DNA of 64,000 nucleotides from a bacterium (GTDB lineage Bacteria; Patescibacteriota; Minisyncoccia; Phycocordibacterales; UBA5272): NCBI GenBank assembly GCA_023267635.1, contig JAHFMX010000003.1, positions 26,139 to 90,138 of the forward strand, read 5' to 3'. Shown piece by piece: positions 57,849 to 64,000 of this stretch (position 1 is its first letter; each line of letters starts with the position of its first letter). The notes under the pieces were generated by a model. It saw only the letters and a program-made list of their open reading frames with translations, ran no database searches and was not told where the DNA came from. The position numbers and the translations under genes were made by a program.

Positions 57849-58859
57849 ATGAACAAGAACATAAAAATACACACCCAATCCAGTGGCAAAAATGAGAAGC
57901 CTATTATTTATCAAGCTGCAAATGGTGCTGTTGAGCTGCGTATGGATATGAGTAAAGAGACAGTGTGGGCAAACCTCAATCAAATTGCAGATATTTTCAA
58001 TGTTCAGAAAGCAGCAGTTTCAAAACACCTTAAAAATATCTTTGAGTCTGGGGAGTTAGATCAGAGGGGAACTGTTTCCAAAATGGAAACAGTTCAAATT
58101 GAAGGAAAACGTTCAATTATTCGAGAAATTGAGTATTATAATCTTGACGCCCTTATTTCCGTTGGCTACAGAGTAAATTCAAAGCAGGCGACTGAATTCC
58201 GTAAATGGGCAACGAAGACTCTCAAGGAACATATTACAAAAGGGTATACGATTAATAAGAAAATGATAGGTAAAAACTGGGAAGAATTTTCTCATGCAGT
58301 AGAATCTGCTAAGAAATTCCTTCCTAAAGAATATCAGGCGCTCACAGGTGGACAGGCACTTGATTTGGCCGAACTCTTTGCTCGTACATGGCTATCACTT
58401 GATGCCTATGACAAACAGTCTCTTGTGATTAAGAAACCGACCAAGAAAAATGTAAAGCTCACTGCGAAGGAGTTACTCACCGCGCTTTCTGATCTGAAAT
58501 CAAAGCTCATTACAAAAGGTGAGGCAACAGAACTTTTTGCGACAGACAGACACAAGGAGAGTCTAGAAGGAATTGTTGGGAATGTCATGCAGTCACTTGG
58601 AGGAAAGTATGTATATGAGACTGTAGAAGCAAAAGCAGCACATTTGCTGTACTTTGTTGTGAAGAATCATCCATTTGTCGATGGCAATAAACGAAGCGGT
58701 GCGTTTGCCTTTGTGTGGTTTTTGTAAAAAACTAAATGTTTAGATGTCGGACGTATGACACCTGAAGCACTCACCGCACTCACACTTTTGGTTGCGGAAA
58801 GTAATCCTAGAGACAAGGAAAATATTGTAGCCCTTATTATGAAATTAATAGAGAGATAA
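57849..58859 (+). pseudogene. copy 2 of RhuM/Fic-Doc gene with in-frame TAA
   Basis: Identical to 46847..47857. Confidence 0.6.
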
Positions 58860-58954
58860 AACTTCCACTTTTCACGTTAATAGAAAAAGAAATGTTAAAG
58901 GCTACTATAAAGCGGCGCCTGTGCCGGTTTATATTGTTTATATTTATACACAGC

Positions 58955-58998
58955 CTCTACAAGGGTACCCCTTGCTAGCAAGGGGTACCCTTGTAGAG
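58955..58998. repeat. copy 2 of 44-bp perfect palindrome
   Basis: Identical to 47953..47996. Confidence 0.9.
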
Positions 58999-59023
58999 TG
59001 AATAGTGATAGAATTGGCGCACT

Positions 59024-60433
59024 ATGAAGCAGAAAATTAAGGCATTGTGGGTACTGGCAGTGGTTGTGGCGCTTGGCGTCTTTTTACTAAAAGGGGATAA
59101 AGATTTCGTTTTAGGTCTTGATTTAGCAGGTGGATCAGCTCTTACTTACAGAATTGAGACGTCATCTCTCCCAGAAGGCAGCGATGTTTCTGAAAGTGTA
59201 AACGCACTTCGAGATGTTGTTGAACGTCGAGTAAACCTCTTCGGTGTTACAGAAGCAGGTGTTATGACTTCATACAGTCGTCTTGCTTCTGAATGGAGAC
59301 TCGTTGTTGAACTTCCTGGTGTTACTGATGTCAAACAAGCGGCAACACTTATCGGAGAAACTCCTGTCCTTGATTTTCGTACAGCAAAGAAAGACTCTGT
59401 AGTTGGAACTTCTACAGCGGAATTTATTGCAGCGTACGAGCAAACCGCTCTTACTGGTAGATACCTTAAGCGCTCCGCTCTTGTCTTTGACCCAACTACT
59501 AATCGCCCGATGGTTGAACTTACGTTTGATGATACTGGTGCAAAACTTTTTGCACAGATCACTAAAGCAAATATTGGAAAACAAGTTGCTATCTTCCTAG
59601 ACGGCATGCCTATCTCTGTACCTACTGTTAATGAAGAAATTACAGGCGGGAAAGCCGTAATCTCAGGAACATTCACCATTGAAGAAGCTCGTGTATTAGT
59701 TGGAAGACTAAACGCTGGAGCACTTCCACTCCCAATCACACTCGCTGGAACATCAGTTGTTGGACCATCTCTCGGAGCTGTGTCTGTAGAGAAGGGTATC
59801 AATGCTGCTATTATCGGCTTCCTCCTCGTTTCAGCTTTCATGCTTCTTTGGTACCGTTTACCTGGACTTGTAGCGGTTGTAGCGCTCGTTTGTTACACCA
59901 TTATCAACCTTGTTGTGTTTAAGGTTGGAATTTCTCCTGCAATGATTATTATCACAGCTACATGTGTTGGATTAGCAATTGCTGTTCACAGATCAATACT
60001 ATTCGGTATTCCTGTTGCGTACGTTATTCTTGCCCTCATTCCAGGTGGACTTGTTCCAGTAACACTTACTGCAGCTGGAATTGCAGGGTTCATCATTTCA
60101 GTTGGTCTTGCAGTGGACGCAAACGTTCTCACATTTGAACGTATGAAAGAAGAGCTTCGAAACGGAAGAAGTCTTAAGGACGCAATCGATATTGGATTCA
60201 CGCGTGCGTGGACCTCAATCCGTGATTCGCATACAGCGGCTGTTATTGTGGCAGTTGTTCTCTACATGTTCGGAACATCAATCGTGAAAGGATTTGCGAT
60301 TACATTCTTCCTAGGAGCAATTCTTTCTCTTGTGTCTGCGCAAATGATTACTCGTGTATTCCTCGCGTCACTTGTTCCAGCAAAGTTGGGAAGATTTATG
60401 AGGTTCTTGTTTGGTAGCGGCTTTAGCAAATAA
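59024..60433 (+). CDS. secD: SecD (copy 2)
   Basis: Identical to 48022..49431. Confidence 0.85.
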   Translation: MKQKIKALWVLAVVVALGVFLLKGDKDFVLGLDLAGGSALTYRIETSSLPEGSDVSESVNALRDVVERRVNLFGVTEAGVMTSYSRLASEWRLVVELPGVTDVKQAATLIGETPVLDFRTAKKDSVVGTSTAEFIAAYEQTALTGRYLKRSALVFDPTTNRPMVELTFDDTGAKLFAQITKANIGKQVAIFLDGMPISVPTVNEEITGGKAVISGTFTIEEARVLVGRLNAGALPLPITLAGTSVVGPSLGAVSVEKGINAAIIGFLLVSAFMLLWYRLPGLVAVVALVCYTIINLVVFKVGISPAMIIITATCVGLAIAVHRSILFGIPVAYVILALIPGGLVPVTLTAAGIAGFIISVGLAVDANVLTFERMKEELRNGRSLKDAIDIGFTRAWTSIRDSHTAAVIVAVVLYMFGTSIVKGFAITFFLGAILSLVSAQMITRVFLASLVPAKLGRFMRFLFGSGFSK

Positions 60434-60443
60434 TTAAATACGT

Positions 60444-61313
60444 ATGTTTATCGTCAAATACAAATCAATCTTTATCGGTCTCGCAGTTGTTCTTGTGCTT
60501 ACATCGTTTGCTCTTATGGCAAAGTTCGGCATTCGACAGGGAGTTGATTTCACAGGTGGAACAGTTATCGAAACAAGATACGTTGCTGATATGCCAGAGA
60601 CTATCGATGTCGCAGGATTGCAGGCACAGGACATTAGAAGTTTCAAAACAGGGACATCAACGTATAAGTTTATTTCTACAAAGTCATATGACGAACTTCG
60701 ACCTGTCCTTATCGAAGCTGTAGCGCAGGGAAAGTATATATATGAGGAGACACAGGTAAACACAGTTGGTCCAACCCTTGGTCTTGAGCTTAAAAGAAAA
60801 GCAGGTATCGCGATTGCGGTTGTGGTACTTGCTATTCTAGCCTTTATTGCTTTCTCATTCCGTGAAGTATCACGCCCAGTGTCATCATGGAAGTATGGAG
60901 TTATCGCGATGGTAACGCTCCTTCATGACATTATCGTGCCAACAGGAGTGTACGTCCTCCTCTCGTACTACTTTGGAGCAGAAATCGACACGCTCTTTGT
61001 AATCGCTCTCCTTACAATATTGGGTATTTCTATCTCTGACAAGATTGTGGTGTTCGACAGAATTCGTGAAAACCTTAAGAGTGGGAATATCAAAAACTTT
61101 GATGACGTTGTAGGGGTTAGTCTCAAGCAGACGTTTACTCGTTCAATCAATACATCAGTTACAGTGATCCTAGCTCTCGTAGCGTTATTCTACTTCGGCC
61201 CAGAGGCAACAAAGTTCTTCGCACTCACTCTTACCATTGGTATGATTGTGGGAACATATTCTTCAATCTTCGTAGCATCTCCTTTGCTTACGGTGTGGAA
61301 TAAGGGTAAGTAA
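60444..61313 (+). CDS. secF: SecF (copy 2)
   Basis: Identical to 49442..50311. Confidence 0.85.
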   Translation: MFIVKYKSIFIGLAVVLVLTSFALMAKFGIRQGVDFTGGTVIETRYVADMPETIDVAGLQAQDIRSFKTGTSTYKFISTKSYDELRPVLIEAVAQGKYIYEETQVNTVGPTLGLELKRKAGIAIAVVVLAILAFIAFSFREVSRPVSSWKYGVIAMVTLLHDIIVPTGVYVLLSYYFGAEIDTLFVIALLTILGISISDKIVVFDRIRENLKSGNIKNFDDVVGVSLKQTFTRSINTSVTVILALVALFYFGPEATKFFALTLTIGMIVGTYSSIFVASPLLTVWNKGK

Positions 61314-61540
61314 ATAGCTAATAGCACACAGGAAATAGTGAATACAGTAAGCCGCCCCGTAGGGGCGGCTTTTGGTTTCTGTCAGGGCGCTAAGGCGAAC
61401 TACGGGGTTGGACCTTATAGTTCAATATCTCCGCATTGCGGTACGGTAACGATTTTGTCTATTCGGTGTTTGTTGTATATGCCATACTTTTAGTGTATAT
61501 GGAGCAGGTGGTGCTAAGGTGTGGGGGGGGTACGCCTTCA

Positions 61541-61569
61541 TTGACAATGACTACATTCAGTGATATATT
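61541..61569 (+). promoter_or_regulatory. near-consensus sigma70-type promoter
   Basis: TTGACA-17 nt-TATATT, preceded by a G8 homopolymer tract (61523..61530). Confidence 0.5.
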
Positions 61570-61593
61570 GAAATATATAGACAGGAGAAAAGT

Positions 61594-61797
61594 ATGCACA
61601 TTCCACAAGGGTTTGTTAAATTAGACGCAAGGCAAGTACGACTTGCTGGTTCTGTGGAAACTCCCGCATCTCTTGTTAGAGATGCGGGAAATGAGACAGT
61701 AGCCGTTGCGCTATTTAGGTTGCGAACCAAAATACGGGAAGGTCTCTCTTACGAAGAAGCAAAACCAATTTTTGATCAGCACACAAGTCTCCTTTAA
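61594..61797 (+). CDS. hypothetical 67-aa protein
   Basis: SD acaggagaaaagt ATG; internal 11-bp hairpin; terminator 61806..61832 downstream. Confidence 0.4.
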   Translation: MHIPQGFVKLDARQVRLAGSVETPASLVRDAGNETVAVALFRLRTKIREGLSYEEAKPIFDQHTSLL

Positions 61798-61849
61798 AAG
61801 AGACCATAAGCACCTCGCGTAGGTGCTTTTTATTATATATACTAGTATC

Positions 61850-62029
61850 ATGTCACAGGATAAAATTATTCAAAATGAGATACTTCTCCAAGTTTTGTCG
61901 CTTACATTGGCAGAGATAAGGCATATGGGCAATACTGAGTCTCGGGTTCAGGAATTAGTTCAGTTGCGTCGCGATGTGTATTCTGGCAAAGTGGAAAATC
62001 CTCTGTTGGAGATTTCAAAATTACATTAA
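61850..62029 (+). CDS. small ORF upstream of zeta-toxin-like gene (candidate antitoxin)
   Basis: 60 aa, 2-nt gap to downstream kinase gene; no recognisable family. Confidence 0.3.
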   Translation: MSQDKIIQNEILLQVLSLTLAEIRHMGNTESRVQELVQLRRDVYSGKVENPLLEISKLH

Positions 62030-62030
62030 T

Positions 62031-62813
62031 ATGGAAATGCTTGCGACCAATGAACTGGAATTTATTTTTAACACAAAAATATACCCAGAACTTATTTTTG
62101 AAAAAAGTAAGGGAATCAAAAAAGAAGCTGCAATTATTGGAGGCCAACCAGGAAGTGGAAAAAGTTCTGCTGTATCTTTACTGTTACAAGAAAATCCTAA
62201 TTTTGTATTTATAAATGGGGATGATTTCCGAGAATTTTTACCTGGATACGCAGAAATAATGAAATCGGATCCAGATAATGCTGCTGATTTATCGCAGTAT
62301 GCTGTAAATTTTTGGGTAGAAAAAGCCATTGATAGATGTTCTGAAGAGGAGCTAAATCTTATTGTTGAAGGAACTATGAGAGTTCCAGGAACGTCACTTA
62401 AAACAGCATTGATGCTGAAAGAAAGCGGCTATTCTATAACTTTTGTTTTAGTTTCAACCCCTTATGAATTATCGGTTGAAAGTATACGAGCGCGTTACAG
62501 CGAAGCTGTTACGTTATTCGGGGCAGGGAGAAGTGTAAAAATAGAAAGTCACAACGAAGCTTTTATTGGAATTAAAAGGACTATTCTGGTGCTCTTTAAT
62601 GCCAAGGTTGCAGAACGTTTTGTTGTGATAAACAGGTTGCAAAATTCCACATTGGAATTTAACGAATTCAATCCTGAAAATGAAACAGAAATACTAAATC
62701 AATTTAATAAAAATAGGGGAGATGTTCCAAATAGAGAAACCGCTCGTGAAATTGACCAAATTAACATAATTTCAAATGAAGGCAGGCCGCCGACAAAACC
62801 ATTAGGAAATTAA
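62031..62813 (+). CDS. zeta-toxin family P-loop kinase
   Basis: Walker A GGQPGSGKSS, INGDDFR, overall zeta toxin (PF06414-like) layout. Confidence 0.6.
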   Translation: MEMLATNELEFIFNTKIYPELIFEKSKGIKKEAAIIGGQPGSGKSSAVSLLLQENPNFVFINGDDFREFLPGYAEIMKSDPDNAADLSQYAVNFWVEKAIDRCSEEELNLIVEGTMRVPGTSLKTALMLKESGYSITFVLVSTPYELSVESIRARYSEAVTLFGAGRSVKIESHNEAFIGIKRTILVLFNAKVAERFVVINRLQNSTLEFNEFNPENETEILNQFNKNRGDVPNRETAREIDQINIISNEGRPPTKPLGN

Positions 62814-62874
62814 TGTATGACCAAAGTCTGGCAAATTTTAAATCAAAAAAGTCCCTAGGGTTTCTTGGGAACAC

Positions 62875-63480
62875 TTGTATATATTCAAGACTGTACAGTT
62901 CTTTTGGTATACTAGAATGATGAACGATCACACAGCACTCATCGCAGCCCTTAATCATAATTTTGCTTTATTTACGCTTCTCGGTTTTATTTTTGTGGTT
63001 ATTTGGGTAGTTGATTTACTCTTTATTAAATTTGGATATTTACAAGGTAAAAAAAGAATATACGAACTCTTTGCAAAAAAAGCATTACCTCTAGGATTTT
63101 TCATTTCGCTATTTGCAATGATCGTTTCTCTCTACTACTCATACTATCTCCATATTCCAGCATGTGATCTTTGTTGGTTGCAGCGCATCTTTATCTATCC
63201 ATTGGTATTCATCTTCGGGTTGGCTTGGTATAAAAATGACACAAAGCTATTCGATTACATAATGATGCTTTCTGGGGTTGGATTTCTCATCGCGCTCTAT
63301 CATCATTATCTTCAGCTCGGATATGATCTTCTCGCACCATGTTCTACTGCGCCATTTGCTGTGGACTGTTCAACGCCAACATTCATTGAGTATGGATTTA
63401 TTACGTTTCCGTTCATGGCTGTTGTAACACTTTCTGTTACCTTCCTTCTTGCGTTTACTGCAAAAAGATTTGCAAAATAG
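62875..63480 (+). CDS. DsbB-like disulfide bond formation protein (BdbC type)
   Basis: Four TM helices, CDLC pair in first loop and second Cys pair (C...C) in the second loop. Confidence 0.55.
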   Translation: MYIFKTVQFFWYTRMMNDHTALIAALNHNFALFTLLGFIFVVIWVVDLLFIKFGYLQGKKRIYELFAKKALPLGFFISLFAMIVSLYYSYYLHIPACDLCWLQRIFIYPLVFIFGLAWYKNDTKLFDYIMMLSGVGFLIALYHHYLQLGYDLLAPCSTAPFAVDCSTPTFIEYGFITFPFMAVVTLSVTFLLAFTAKRFAK

Positions 63481-63562
63481 GGATTTTTGGAGATAGTTTT
63501 CTTGACAGGTCCTTCGCTTCTTTATATATTTGCGCTAGGCAAACTTTTTAGGAGACACAGCG

Positions 63563-64000
63563 ATGAAGCTCTTTTACATGTTTATTTTTATGGGCATGTT
63601 TTTAGGAAAAACAGCCTCTGCACAAATCCCGCAAGTTCCAGACGTTGGGTCTGTGTGGGAAAGTTTGATCACCTATGCACCTATTACAGAAGGTGATTCT
63701 GTGCGCCACAAGAATGAAGTTGTCATGGTTGATCGCTTGGTTGCTGGCCGACCAATTTTTGTAGGCGAAGTATTTGGGTATAAAGGTGAAATTATCGAAT
63801 CAACGGTGGGAACTGTTGTGTACACACATGACTGTAAAAATGATGTGCCAGCTGAAATGCTGATACCACCACCGATACCAAACCAATGTGTGTGGCATGT
63901 CTGCAGTGCCCCACCCGTCGGTAAAACCTTTACTCGCCCAATGATTTTCTTTGTTCCGCTCTTCGCGTGCCAGGGCAAAGTTGCTACCTACACCTTCACG
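63563..64000 (+). CDS. partial (3'-truncated by window) secreted hypothetical protein
   Basis: SD aggaga, signal peptide MKLFYMFIFMGMFLGKTASAQ, open to window end. Confidence 0.4.
   Translation, partial: MKLFYMFIFMGMFLGKTASAQIPQVPDVGSVWESLITYAPITEGDSVRHKNEVVMVDRLVAGRPIFVGEVFGYKGEIIESTVGTVVYTHDCKNDVPAEMLIPPPIPNQCVWHVCSAPPVGKTFTRPMIFFVPLFACQGKVATYTFT

Larger units (their letters stand above)
50502..61503. repeat. tandem direct repeat, unit 2 (11,002 bp) plus 8-bp partial third start gcaggtgg at 61504..61511
   Basis: Identical to unit 1; junction microhomology gcaggtgg at 39500, 50502, 61504. Confidence 0.95.

Noticed and set aside
39500-61511. The 11-kb repeat representing a circular plasmid or phage assembled as a concatemer
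   Set aside because: Both ends are joined to unique chromosomal-looking flanks (TOMM genes on the left, zeta toxin and DsbB on the right). The unit contains essential secDF and lacks replication, integrase or structural genes.
1-64000. CRISPR arrays, rRNA genes, transposases or integrases
   Set aside because: No short regularly spaced direct repeats, no rRNA-like conserved blocks, and no DDE, tyrosine or serine recombinase motifs were seen in any called ORF.

Overview
This 64-kb window looks like it comes from a low-GC, small-genome, Gram-positive-like bacterium. The gene content is CPR/Patescibacteria-like (T-box leader, SSB ending in DDIPF, type-2 IleRS); that taxonomic placement is inference only. 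Positions 1-34 kb are a housekeeping backbone and 34-62 kb is an AT-rich accessory region.

Backbone (1-34 kb):
- dCMP deaminase, dUTPase, a GC-rich ThyX-like ORF and thymidylate kinase.
- argS, a T-box leader, and ileS carrying an inserted histidine-phosphatase (PGAM-like) domain.
- RecO-like protein, a surface protein, an AI-2E transporter, metG, MazG-like, HD and TatD hydrolases.
- The rpsF-ssb-rpsR operon and ndk.
- A beta-CASP MBL ribonuclease and a LOG-family protein.
- The infC-rpmI-rplT operon on the minus strand.
- smpB, a GIY-YIG protein and a probable tmRNA (ssrA) on the minus strand.
- ftsH, a tRNA with a UAU anticodon, recG, and several secreted or surface proteins.

Accessory region (34-62 kb):
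- A phosphoribosyltransferase fused to a PQQ beta-propeller, and a bicupin.
- A thiazole/oxazole-modified microcin (TOMM)-like cluster: SagB-type dehydrogenase, YcaO, and a Gly/Cys/Ser-rich precursor whose core resembles microcin B17.
- A perfect tandem duplication of an 11,002-bp unit (39500..50501 and 50502..61503). The unit carries paralogous membrane proteins, an SDR-like protein, a sodium:solute symporter, an AsnB-like PP-loop protein and a secD 5' fragment. It also holds an inserted RhuM/Fic-Doc gene interrupted by an in-frame TAA, intact secD-secF and a 44-bp perfect palindrome.
- A zeta-toxin-like kinase, a DsbB-like protein and a partial secreted-protein gene at the window edge.

Several GC-rich ORFs in an otherwise AT-rich background suggest horizontal acquisition: the ThyX-like ORF, ORF 15825..16223, ORF 26539..26748 and the DUF397-like ORF 28006..28269.
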